24,779 bases of DNA from IMG/VR virus record IMGVR_UViG_3300027976_000208, positions 1 to 24,779 of that record, one strand, 5' to 3'. Below the pieces are notes generated by a model, which did no database searches, was not told the DNA's origin, and saw nothing but the letters and a program-made list of their open reading frames with translations. Source of the stretch: a virus (taxonomy: Duplodnaviria > Caudoviricetes). The first letter of the stretch is position 1. Each line of letters begins with the position of its first letter. The translations under genes and the position numbers were made by a program. Below, one piece after another: positions 8,863 through 17,448 of the stretch.

Positions 8863-9041
8863 AACTTAATATTGCCGCGACGAGCGAGCTGCGCCTAGTG
8901 CGTGCTCGACTCGAAGCGAGCGAATCTCCGTGATGCTCTAGTAGCGCACTGATTCGAGCAACTGGTTTTTTTCGACGAACACCAACTTGCTTGATCGTGC
9001 GTTTTTTTATGCAGATTAAGCGATCATAAAGGGAATCAAAC
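8863..9041 (+). promoter_or_regulatory. Structured 5' leader with terminator and antiterminator alternatives (attenuator-like)
   Basis: Long hairpin 8945-9001 (CGCAC/GTGCG, GAT/ATC, CGAGCAA/TTGCTTG, TGGT/ACCA) followed by T7 at 9002-9008; upstream TAGTGCGT (8896-8903) and TGCTCGA (8903-8909) are complementary to its 5' arm. Confidence 0.6.
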
Positions 9042-10178
9042 ATGAGATTAGATCCATCTTCAGACGAGTATCGCCAACTATTTTCACTGTATTTGCGTCG
9101 CGGTTCTGTAGGCATGACTGATGCTGAAGCGCGTGCAATTTCATCTACTAGCGGTGGCACAACCATCATCCCAACAACCTACTCCAACATGTTTATGGAG
9201 GAATTGGGCAACGATGAAATCATTGGAAAAGTTACAAAATTCAACACATCTACAAACACCTTCAATCTAACTGTAATTACACCAGTTGGTAGCGGTGGAT
9301 TTAGTGTTCAAAAGAATCCTGGCGAGGCTGGGACTTTAATTGACGCAACAACATCACAAACAACCGTAACACCCCCAGTATTTGAATTACCGGGAACTAG
9401 CAACACAGGCTCAACAAACGCTGCGCTCACATTGAAACGCCAAAGCGTTATGGTGAAGGTCAGTCGTGAATTGCTAGAGGATTCTGCTGTGCAAGGCGAA
9501 GCGGGTGTTGAGCGCATTATTTTGCGTCAAGCTGCTCAGGACATTGCTGACACCGTAAGCAAACAAATTTTAGTAGGCAATGCAACTGATTCAATTACTG
9601 CTGGAACTACATCAGCGGTTGGCAGTGATTCTTGTCACGGAATTTTTAACACCTGTCGCCGATATGGGAGAGCATTTGGAACTTCAGCTTTAACTGTCGG
9701 CGGCTCTTTAGATTCAAGTGCAATAAGAAGCTCTTTACAAGCATTTATTTTTGGTTTTACTGTTCCAACAATTTTACCAGCACAATACTGGCGCAGATCT
9801 AGTTTAATTCTTAACGGTCAGCTTGGTCGCAGCGGTTCAGGTGCTCACGGATTAAATTTATGTGCTGCAGCAACTTCTCAACAGGCAATTGCACTGGGTT
9901 CCAAGGATCGCTACATGTTTGGTCTTCCATGGACACTTGCAGACATGAGCGTTGGAAATACAGGTACAAGCGCAGTTTCATTAGGCAACGAACCTATGGC
10001 GTTGCTCTGTGATCTCAGCAGATACATGTTGGTTACAGCAAGCGATGGTGTGGCTGTGACAAGACTGAATGAAACTTATGCAAATACAGATGAGGTTGCA
10101 TTTGTAGTCAGTTTGCGATGCGCAGGCGTGCTTGCAGATGTAAACGCAGCTATTGCGCTTGGCTTAACAATCACTTGA
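9042..10178 (+). CDS. HK97-fold capsid protein paralogue 1 (divergent, lacks the long delta domain)
   Basis: GGTTIIPT, PGEAG, LTLKRQSVMVKVSRELLEDS, MFGLPW, LLCDLSRY, VTRLNETYANTDEVAFVVSLRCAG. Confidence 0.85.
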   Translation: MRLDPSSDEYRQLFSLYLRRGSVGMTDAEARAISSTSGGTTIIPTTYSNMFMEELGNDEIIGKVTKFNTSTNTFNLTVITPVGSGGFSVQKNPGEAGTLIDATTSQTTVTPPVFELPGTSNTGSTNAALTLKRQSVMVKVSRELLEDSAVQGEAGVERIILRQAAQDIADTVSKQILVGNATDSITAGTTSAVGSDSCHGIFNTCRRYGRAFGTSALTVGGSLDSSAIRSSLQAFIFGFTVPTILPAQYWRRSSLILNGQLGRSGSGAHGLNLCAAATSQQAIALGSKDRYMFGLPWTLADMSVGNTGTSAVSLGNEPMALLCDLSRYMLVTASDGVAVTRLNETYANTDEVAFVVSLRCAGVLADVNAAIALGLTIT

Positions 10179-10189
10179 TAAATTATTTA

Positions 10190-10251
10190 AGACACCCACC
10201 GCTGCGGTGAGTGTCTAGCAGATCGCGTTGATTTGCAGAACTCACGCAGCA
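10190..10251 (+). promoter_or_regulatory. Bistable stem-loop element between the two capsid genes
   Basis: AGACACCCACCGC-T-GCGGTGAGTGTCT hairpin (10190-10216) competes with GCTGCGGTGAGT (10201-10212) pairing to ACTCACGCAGC (10240-10250), which encloses the hairpin GCAGATC/GATTTGC. Confidence 0.5.
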
Positions 10252-10276
10252 AAACAAACAGAAGGAAACTTTTACT

Positions 10277-11533
10277 ATGGCAAGCGAAACTTACAAAACA
10301 TTGGTTGAAAGAATGGGCGCGGTTTACGCGGAACTCAAGGCGTTAGTTGATGGAGCAAACGCTACCGACGGCGGCATGGATCCAGCAGCTGAGCAAAAGT
10401 ACTCTAGCCTCAAGGCTCAGTACGCAAGCTTAACTGCACAGCGTCAGCGCAATGAGGAGTTGATGGGCATGGAGCAAGGCGCCAAGTTTGATGCTCCAGA
10501 GGCGCCAGCACTCATTACTCGCGCAACTGGTGGCGAGTATCGTCGTCCAACCTACGGATACAAGACCACAACAAGCAGTCCGGAACTAACTCGCGCTTGG
10601 GAAAATTACTACCGACTGGGCGAGCACACCAATCCAGGCGATATGCGCGAGATCCGGGCACTCAGCGAGGCATCTGGCGGAGACACTTTAGCTCCAATTG
10701 AATACCACAATCAATTGGCTGCAAAAATGAAGACGATGACTGCTGTTCGTCAGGTTTCTAAGGTTATACAGGTGGGTTCTTTTAGCCGCGAAATCGCGAT
10801 TGAATCGGTAACCGGAACTGCAAACTGGACTGCAGAGGCTGGCACATTTTCAGAATCTGGATCGACATTTGGCAAAATCACATTGACACCTAGAAAACTC
10901 ACTGGACTGCTCAAGGTTTCTAACGAGCTCATCGAGGATGCTCCCGCTCGTGGTGCGGGTTTTTCGATCGAATCAATACTTGTAGAGCAGTTTGCTCGAA
11001 TGTTTGCGCAGGCCGAGGAGCTTGGTTTCCTGGCATCGTCCGCAGTCACCAACGGGCCGCAATCTCCGATCATGGCCCAGACCACGGGGAATGATAAAAC
11101 CTGTGCGTCTGCAACCACCTTCACCGCTGCCGAAGTTATCGCGTGGATTTACACACTGCCCCGCCAATATCGTCAAAATGCAAGCATCATCACAAGCGAT
11201 GCGGTACTCGGTGTTTTGCGCGGGCTTGCTTCAATTGCGAGTGGTACTGTTAATTATTTCTGGCAGAACAGCAATGCTCTTGGCGAGCCTGATCGTCTGA
11301 TGGGGATACCTGTTTATGCATCGGCTGCTATGCCTGCTATGACTACGGGAAACAAGGTCGCCGTTATCGGCGACTTTGGCAATTATTGCGTTTTGGCTGA
11401 ACGCAGCGCGTATTCGATGCGCGTACTCAAGGAGCTGTTTGCGACTAACAACCAGACTGGATTTATCTCAACTAGCAGACTCGATTGCACCGTTACTCAA
11501 CCAAGCGCGTTTTCTTATCTGACAATGGCATAA
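10277..11533 (+). CDS. HK97-family major capsid protein with N-terminal coiled-coil delta (scaffold) domain
   Basis: Helical N-terminus of about 125 aa; GGDTLAP, WTAEAG, LTPRKLTGLLKVSNELIED, LPRQYRQNA, LMGIPVY, IGDF, RLDCTV; GAAGGA RBS. Confidence 0.95.
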   Translation: MASETYKTLVERMGAVYAELKALVDGANATDGGMDPAAEQKYSSLKAQYASLTAQRQRNEELMGMEQGAKFDAPEAPALITRATGGEYRRPTYGYKTTTSSPELTRAWENYYRLGEHTNPGDMREIRALSEASGGDTLAPIEYHNQLAAKMKTMTAVRQVSKVIQVGSFSREIAIESVTGTANWTAEAGTFSESGSTFGKITLTPRKLTGLLKVSNELIEDAPARGAGFSIESILVEQFARMFAQAEELGFLASSAVTNGPQSPIMAQTTGNDKTCASATTFTAAEVIAWIYTLPRQYRQNASIITSDAVLGVLRGLASIASGTVNYFWQNSNALGEPDRLMGIPVYASAAMPAMTTGNKVAVIGDFGNYCVLAERSAYSMRVLKELFATNNQTGFISTSRLDCTVTQPSAFSYLTMA

Positions 11534-11546
11534 TCATTCACGCAAC

Positions 11547-11574
11547 CCTCCGCACGCAGAAATGCGTGCGGAGG
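11547..11574 (+). promoter_or_regulatory. Perfect 12-bp GAAA-tetraloop hairpin after the capsid gene, containing the next gene's Shine-Dalgarno
   Basis: CCTCCGCACGCA-GAAA-TGCGTGCGGAGG; GGAGG at 11570-11574 is in the stem; ATG at 11580; only a short ATTT tail. Confidence 0.7.
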
Positions 11575-11579
11575 ATTTC

Positions 11580-11786
11580 ATGCTCAACATCAAGATATTG
11601 CAATCCATAGCAACCGATACCACCATCCACGCGGTGGGCGATGTTATTTGCGTTGATGAACGCACCGCTACCGAATGGCTGTCGCTGGGGTTTGCGGAGC
11701 GTGCGGAAACACATCCAGATCAACCAGAATCATGCGTGCGCGGCGCGGCATGCTGTAAGGCCGTTCGTAGGGGTGCGCAGCGATGA
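11580..11786 (+). CDS. Small conserved-type head-region protein
   Basis: MLNIKILQS...GDVICVDERTATEWLSLGFAE, the pattern commonly seen in the small gene following HK97-like capsids. Confidence 0.75.
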   Translation: MLNIKILQSIATDTTIHAVGDVICVDERTATEWLSLGFAERAETHPDQPESCVRGAACCKAVRRGAQR

Positions 11787-12418
11787 ACCTGCGCAGCAAC
11801 CTTGTGGACAACGGTGCGGTATCAGCTGTAATTACAACCGCTGATTTCAAAACGCATGCACGAATTTATCACTCGCAGGATGACACCTACATCGATACGC
11901 TTATAGTTTCATCAACTCAGGCAATCGAGCACGCTACGCGCAGGGCGTTTGTAAACAGATCGTTTATATACACGCTTGTAGATTTCCCATCACCGGGTTT
12001 CCCATCATCCATCGAGTCTACCGGGTCAGCAAATGGTGAGATTATTTTGCCGCGCTCGCCGATGAGCAGTATCACCAGTATTGTGTATAACAATACATCG
12101 AGTGTTGCAACTACGCTGATTGAGAACACTGGCTACTATTCATACTCAATTAATGGCGTAGGTAGAATTGTTGCACCTAGTTCAACGGCGTGGCCGCAAG
12201 TGGAAGATTTGGGCAGACCAGCCGTAACAATTACATTTATTGCCGGCTACGGATCATCTGCGAGCAGCACTCCAGCAGCACTGCGTCACGCGGTAATGCT
12301 AATGGCTACGCATCTGTATGAAAATCGTCAACCCGTAAACATTGGCAACACTGTCAACGATATTCCCAAAACGGTTGACGCTTTGATTGCACAATATCAC
12401 ACTGGAGATTACGCATGA
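11783..12418 (+). CDS. Head-tail connector (HK97 gp6/SPP1 gp15-like)
   Basis: FKTHARI, DDTYIDTLI, LPRSP, VTITFIAGYG, PAALRHAVMLMATHLYENR. Confidence 0.9.
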   Translation: MNLRSNLVDNGAVSAVITTADFKTHARIYHSQDDTYIDTLIVSSTQAIEHATRRAFVNRSFIYTLVDFPSPGFPSSIESTGSANGEIILPRSPMSSITSIVYNNTSSVATTLIENTGYYSYSINGVGRIVAPSSTAWPQVEDLGRPAVTITFIAGYGSSASSTPAALRHAVMLMATHLYENRQPVNIGNTVNDIPKTVDALIAQYHTGDYA

Positions 12419-12756
12419 ATGTTGGAATATTGCGCACACCATTGCGGGTCTATTCAAAACTCTACGCAACCGACGAATATGGCCAAACTTCTGCATCGTA
12501 CACAGCGGGTGGAACCGTGTTCTGTTCTGTCAACGAAGCAACCGCAGAAGAGAAAATAAACCACCGCGCACTAAATCAAGTCGTTACGCACAAAATTCGC
12601 ATGCGTTGGAATGATATTGTTTTGCACACTTCACAATTAAAAACACTTCAGACTACGGATGGCATGAGTACCAAAACTTGGGAAGTGATTACTGTTATCA
12701 ATTTTCAAGAGCGCAGGGAATTTCTTGACTGTGTTTGCATGGAGATCGTAGCCTAG
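12415..12756 (+). CDS. Head-tail adaptor / head closure protein (SPP1 gp16-like)
   Basis: MNVGILR, TDEYGQ, THKIRMRW, REFLDCVCME; synteny. Confidence 0.85.
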   Translation: MNVGILRTPLRVYSKLYATDEYGQTSASYTAGGTVFCSVNEATAEEKINHRALNQVVTHKIRMRWNDIVLHTSQLKTLQTTDGMSTKTWEVITVINFQERREFLDCVCMEIVA

Positions 12757-13304
12757 TGGGAAAGTCAACCGCATTCTCGCTGAAAAAAATGTCTGCGCGT
12801 GGAACAGCCGCGCAGGTGAAGCAGATCAACGCTGCTCTGTTCAGGTTAGGCACAACCGAGCTCATCAATATCTACCATCAGGTTTCAACCGATGCTTTGG
12901 AGCCAGTTCGTGAGGGCTTGTTGTCAAAATTCTCTGCGCATCGAGGAGAAAATGACTATGAAAAACCGCCCAAATCCGGCCGACTTCATCGGTGGAAGTT
13001 CAAATTTTCCAAACTGCCCGGACACACGGTTGGTTTCACGCGGGCCATGGTTGCAAACGCATTCAAGGTCAAGGGCTTTGGATTCAAAATAGGAACCTTT
13101 CACGATAAGCCATATGCACGAATAAAAGCATGGGCTCCCGGTATCTGGATAGTTGATGGTGGAAGATATCGCGGACAGAACACATACCAGGGGTGGAATG
13201 TCATTATGAGTTTGTTTGCTAATAGCAAGTCTCAAATTCAGAATTACATACGGACAAACATGCCAATAGCAATCAAGAAACGCGCAGCGGAGCTAGGGCT
13301 ATGA
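12756..13304 (+). CDS. Putative tail completion/neck protein (HK97 gp10 position)
   Basis: Basic ORF; GTG at 12756 overlaps the upstream TAG; assignment from synteny only. Confidence 0.6.
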   Translation: MGKSTAFSLKKMSARGTAAQVKQINAALFRLGTTELINIYHQVSTDALEPVREGLLSKFSAHRGENDYEKPPKSGRLHRWKFKFSKLPGHTVGFTRAMVANAFKVKGFGFKIGTFHDKPYARIKAWAPGIWIVDGGRYRGQNTYQGWNVIMSLFANSKSQIQNYIRTNMPIAIKKRAAELGL

Positions 13305-13786
13305 GTTACGATCCGCAAACAATGCTAATCCCAGCGGTGGTGATTGATGCTATTGCACAAGTATCCACTGTAGTTGCATTGGTTGGCGCACGCATCTATA
13401 CCGATATGCGTGCGCAGAATAGTGCGCTTCCAGCAATCGTGATTACTATTGATTCGGATGATGAAATGGCTACATCTTTTAGTAGAGAGTGCCTTGTACG
13501 CAAGGCGCACATCTCATGTTATTGTATTTCAACTACCTTAAAAATTTCTAGGAAAATTTCTAGTTATTTGCGCCGTGGCTTGCATGGAGCACATGGACAA
13601 TCACGCGGAGTGAAGATTGTTGAAATGCGTGCGCACAAAATTACTACATCACTGGATACGGGTATGGAAGGCGATCAGTCGGGTAACTATTACGCAGTCA
13701 GCGTTGATTTAGAGATGACTTACATCTCCGATGCTGCTGCTCCAATCACGATTACGGACGCTGGCGACGGCGTTCCAGACGAATAA
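13301..13786 (+). CDS. Tail terminator protein (DUF3168-like)
   Basis: VVALVGARIY, QNSALPAIV; directly precedes the tail tube gene. Confidence 0.8.
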   Translation: MSYDPQTMLIPAVVIDAIAQVSTVVALVGARIYTDMRAQNSALPAIVITIDSDDEMATSFSRECLVRKAHISCYCISTTLKISRKISSYLRRGLHGAHGQSRGVKIVEMRAHKITTSLDTGMEGDQSGNYYAVSVDLEMTYISDAAAPITITDAGDGVPDE

Positions 13787-13797
13787 AGGAAAATCAC

Positions 13798-14259
13798 ATG
13801 GCAAGTTATTCTAGTTTTGGTTCTACAATTTTAATCGGCACAACGACTGGGGGGGTTACTTACGCAACACCTTCTGGAACTTTGTTATCAGTTAAAAATA
13901 TCTCCATTGAAGGAATGAAAACTTCAATTCTCGAAACATCTACGATTTCAGATCGTCACAAAACCTATGCACCCGGCATGATTGATTCTGGAAGTCTAAG
14001 TTTTGATGTCAATTTCAACTCGGACGATACGGGGCATATGGCAATTCTTGCGCAACTTGATGTAACAGCCGCAGCCACCGCTCCGGTGCTGAAATCATTT
14101 TTGATCACATTCGGTATTGCTTCGATCAATCCCGGTACATCATTTGCCTTCACGGGCCTTGTGGAGTCATTCACTATCAAGGGTTCGATGGATGAAATTG
14201 TAACGGCCAGCATGAGTGTAAAAATCAGTGGGGCGGTAACCACTTCAGATCTGACATAA
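13798..14259 (+). CDS. Major tail tube protein
   Basis: KTYAPGMIDSGSLSFDVNF, FAFTGLVESF, ASMSVKISGAVT; AAGGA RBS. Confidence 0.9.
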   Translation: MASYSSFGSTILIGTTTGGVTYATPSGTLLSVKNISIEGMKTSILETSTISDRHKTYAPGMIDSGSLSFDVNFNSDDTGHMAILAQLDVTAAATAPVLKSFLITFGIASINPGTSFAFTGLVESFTIKGSMDEIVTASMSVKISGAVTTSDLT

Positions 14260-14260
14260 A

Positions 14261-14623
14261 ATGGATACAAAATCTAAAATCCTCGGGCTCAAATTAACAG
14301 TCCCACAAGAGAAGGTGAATGTACCCGGTGTGGGTGATGTCACGGTTCGTGGCCTCACCGCCGCAGGGCGCGACTCCTGGGAACAACGCATTTTCAATAG
14401 CAAGGGTAAAACAGTGCGCAACATACGCGCATCGCTTGTGTGCCTATGTTTGTACGAGAATGATTCTGCAATATTTACCGAAAGCGACATCGAACAACTC
14501 GGCGAATTGCCCGCACAAGTTGTTGATCGACTCTATGATATTGCCAGCAAATTATCGGGTATGACAAAAGACGACAAGGTGGTAATGGAAAAAAACTCAG
14601 AGAGCGGCCCATCAGATACCTGA
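14261..14623 (+). CDS. Tail assembly chaperone (lambda gpG-like)
   Basis: VTVRGLTAAGRD, RASLVCLCL, IFTESD; between tail tube and tape measure; ends in a slippery site. Confidence 0.88.
   Translation: MDTKSKILGLKLTVPQEKVNVPGVGDVTVRGLTAAGRDSWEQRIFNSKGKTVRNIRASLVCLCLYENDSAIFTESDIEQLGELPAQVVDRLYDIASKLSGMTKDDKVVMEKNSESGPSDT
14590..14596 (+). other. Programmed -1 ribosomal frameshift site A AAA AAC
   Basis: GAA AAA AAC in the chaperone frame; the -1 frame reads KLRERPIRYLMMRLALA without a stop into the 14623 ORF. Confidence 0.88.
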
Positions 14624-14910
14624 TGATGCGTTTGGCTTTAGCGATGGGCCGCACTCTGGCTGAATTAGGAGCAACGATGTCTAGTCAAGAACTTACTGAG
14701 TGGTCTGCATTTGAAGCCGTTGACGGGCCTATAGGATCGCAGCGCGATGATCTGCGCTCTGGAATTGTTGCTGCAACCCTTGCCAATTGTCACAGCACGC
14801 GCAAACAATTTAATGCGCATGATTTTATGCCCTACTATTCAAAGCCAGAGCCAACCGCTGAGGAATCATTGGCTGCATTAAATGCAGCGTTTGGGGGTCG
14901 CAATGGCTAG
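14593..14910 (+). CDS. Frameshifted extension of the tail chaperone (gpGT-like; DUF4035-like)
   Basis: RLALAMGRTLAEL, MSSQELTEW, PIGSQRDDLRSG, DFMP. Confidence 0.85.
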   Translation, partial: KLRERPIRYLMMRLALAMGRTLAELGATMSSQELTEWSAFEAVDGPIGSQRDDLRSGIVAATLANCHSTRKQFNAHDFMPYYSKPEPTAEESLAALNAAFGGRNG

Positions 14911-16522
14911 TGCAAGCATCCAGATCGGTGTTGAGATGGTTGGCGCGGGTTCGTATGCATCGGCATCAGAGCGTGTCATACGGGATAATGAAAACATGGC
15001 TAAGAGCGCAGAGATGAAAGCCAATCGCGCCATTAAAGCAGCAGAGCGACAGGCTGCAATAATGACCAAAAGCAAAAGGCAAATAGATTTAGATTCTGCA
15101 AAGGGAGCAACTCCAGAAGCGATTTCAAAAATAAATTCTGCGCATGACACTATTGACGCAGCAACCGCAGCACAAAAGAAAATAACAGATGCTGTAGAAA
15201 ATGAAAAACAAAAACAAATTCAAATCAGTTTAAGAGCAAAAGAAACGGCAGTAAAACTTGCTGAAAATGAAAAACAAAAACAATTAAGCATACATAAAAG
15301 CACGCTAAATGAAAAGCAAAAAGCAGACGAAAATTACGCACATACTTCAAGTTATTCACAAACAATAAATAAAGACAGTGCAATGTTTGGTATAACATCC
15401 AAAACACTGTTAAAAGGCTTTGTTGGATTTTCTGCTGTAAAAATAGGATTGCAATCAATCACTGAAGTCTTGTCGGCAATGACTAGCAAAAAGCAAATAG
15501 ATGCAATGCAAGTCTATTCAAATGTGATGATAGGTTTTGTAAAGTCACTACCGGGTGGTGATCAAATAATGCTTTTAGCCGAAGCGATTAAGGGTGGTGA
15601 ATCGATTGCGCAGATTGAAGCAAGTACAGCTGCACTCGAAAACAAAACTAAAGTTTTGGCACAATACGGCAAAGTTGCAGAACAAATTAATCAAGCTAGA
15701 AAAAATACATCACTAGATTCTGTGGATTTACGAATAGAAAATAGAAGACTACACAAAGAGGATGTAAAAAATAGTTTGGTTGCGGGAGGGTATTCGGCTC
15801 AAGTCGCTGAAGCAATGGCTACAGCACAAATTCAAAAAGAACTTCAATTACAAACATTGCAAGAAAAACGATTGTCTATTGACAACAGATTAAATGATGC
15901 AGCAAAAAGCTACGACACATTCATGGCTGAAATAGCTTCTAAGTCTGCTGGGTTAAATGAAGATCAAGCACAACACAGTTTGGGGAGAATAGACCAATTG
16001 GTTTCCGAACTTATTCAAGCGCAACGCATATCTGATGTGCAAACAAATCATGCTAAAAATGAACTAGATTACACGGAAAAAACTAATGTTCTTAGAAAAA
16101 CAATGATGGACGCGCAGTTATATTATGAAAAAAATAAAAAAGATCAGGATCTAAGATTAAAGAACATTGAAGATGCAAAAATGGCTGAAGATCTTATGGG
16201 TTCATATAGGGATCAATTAAAAACAGAAAAACAAATAACCGCAGAACGAGAAAAGCAAGCGCATTTAACTAAAGCGCAAATTGCAGAAGCTGCGGCTATA
16301 CGCCAAAAGTTGCAGGATAAACAATTACAAGAAGAAGCCACCGCTCTTGCTACTAGGGCTATAAACTTCTCAAATGTTGAATCACTGAGTACAGCGGTAG
16401 GTGGCGTGAAGGTTGCTGGTATGAGTGATAATTCAATTGCTGGGATGAAACCCAGCGTTGCACTAATTGCTGCTGCTGTGTTGGCGATAAAGGCAAATAC
16501 AACGAAGGTCAATCTACCGTGA
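14903..16522 (+). CDS. Tape measure protein (short, about 539 aa)
   Basis: Ala/Lys/Gln/Glu-rich helical ORF directly after the chaperone pair; ATG at 14903 after GGGGG. Confidence 0.8.
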   Translation: MASASIQIGVEMVGAGSYASASERVIRDNENMAKSAEMKANRAIKAAERQAAIMTKSKRQIDLDSAKGATPEAISKINSAHDTIDAATAAQKKITDAVENEKQKQIQISLRAKETAVKLAENEKQKQLSIHKSTLNEKQKADENYAHTSSYSQTINKDSAMFGITSKTLLKGFVGFSAVKIGLQSITEVLSAMTSKKQIDAMQVYSNVMIGFVKSLPGGDQIMLLAEAIKGGESIAQIEASTAALENKTKVLAQYGKVAEQINQARKNTSLDSVDLRIENRRLHKEDVKNSLVAGGYSAQVAEAMATAQIQKELQLQTLQEKRLSIDNRLNDAAKSYDTFMAEIASKSAGLNEDQAQHSLGRIDQLVSELIQAQRISDVQTNHAKNELDYTEKTNVLRKTMMDAQLYYEKNKKDQDLRLKNIEDAKMAEDLMGSYRDQLKTEKQITAEREKQAHLTKAQIAEAAAIRQKLQDKQLQEEATALATRAINFSNVESLSTAVGGVKVAGMSDNSIAGMKPSVALIAAAVLAIKANTTKVNLP

Positions 16523-17448
16523 CAACTACACTGGATTACGGCCAAAGGCCCGGGGGCTTGAATGTTCGACTAGATAGAGGAAAGTGGTCCTCATCGGTTA
16601 CTTATGTGGTTACCGAGAAGGCTGGCCAGCAACTAACACCAGAAATCATCTATTCAACATCTACCAACTCAACTACATTTATTCAGGTTATTGGGTCTGT
16701 TGAGGATGGGGTATCTGGTGGCTCGCAAGCCCTTGTATCGTTAGGCGCCTTTTTAGCTGGGCGTTTGCGTCAAGTATCGCACGATTTGCGGCAGGTTGAC
16801 GACGGTGGTTTTGTCTATGAGGTTCAGATAAATTTTGAATCCAGCGTTGCCGATACAATCACTGCCGCAATTGATACAAAAAACGAAGGGCAGCCTGGCT
16901 TCGTAGCCATTGAATACAGCGCGCAGGGTGAGGCTGTGGATGTATACAGGGTGTATGTTACGGCGCCAAGCAACAAAGATACTCCATCAGATGTAGATAT
17001 TGGGGGAACCAAAGTTGATGAGGGTGGTCAACCAATTACATTGTTTAACAATGTTTCACGCATAACAATTCGCAATGTTGTAGCAGGAAGGCCGCCACTT
17101 ACGGCGATGGCGCATTTGAATCAACGGAATAGCGAAACCTTTACAATAGGAACTTACGATTTTCCACCTTCTACCCTATTATTCACTGGTGTAAACATCA
17201 CACGCACTGGTTCATCAACATATGAAATAGTCTACACCATTATCTATGAAAATGGATTTCACCTTAGACAAATTGCTACAAAATCAAGGGAGACTGATAA
17301 ACCAATTTGCGGAACCATTGATGATGCTTGCTCAACGGCTGCACCTTCAGCTGTTACTGCGATAACCACATCGCATGCGCGATGTGTCTATTTTCGTCAA
17401 CCATTCCCTACTTCATTTCCATTTTCTGACTTGAATATCACACAATGA
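16519..17448 (+). CDS. Putative distal tail / tail-tip protein
   Basis: Beta-rich, Thr/Gly-rich 309-aa ORF following the tape measure with a GTGA overlap. Confidence 0.6.
   Translation: MTTTLDYGQRPGGLNVRLDRGKWSSSVTYVVTEKAGQQLTPEIIYSTSTNSTTFIQVIGSVEDGVSGGSQALVSLGAFLAGRLRQVSHDLRQVDDGGFVYEVQINFESSVADTITAAIDTKNEGQPGFVAIEYSAQGEAVDVYRVYVTAPSNKDTPSDVDIGGTKVDEGGQPITLFNNVSRITIRNVVAGRPPLTAMAHLNQRNSETFTIGTYDFPPSTLLFTGVNITRTGSSTYEIVYTIIYENGFHLRQIATKSRETDKPICGTIDDACSTAAPSAVTAITTSHARCVYFRQPFPTSFPFSDLNITQ

Noticed and set aside
8846-9169. 107-aa minus-strand ORF across the capsid leader
   Set aside because: Overlaps the capsid paralogue antisense and has no motif; the region is better explained as a structured leader.
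9042-10178. First capsid copy as a pseudogene or assembly duplicate
   Set aside because: Intact frame, RBS present, and too divergent from the second copy to be an artefact.
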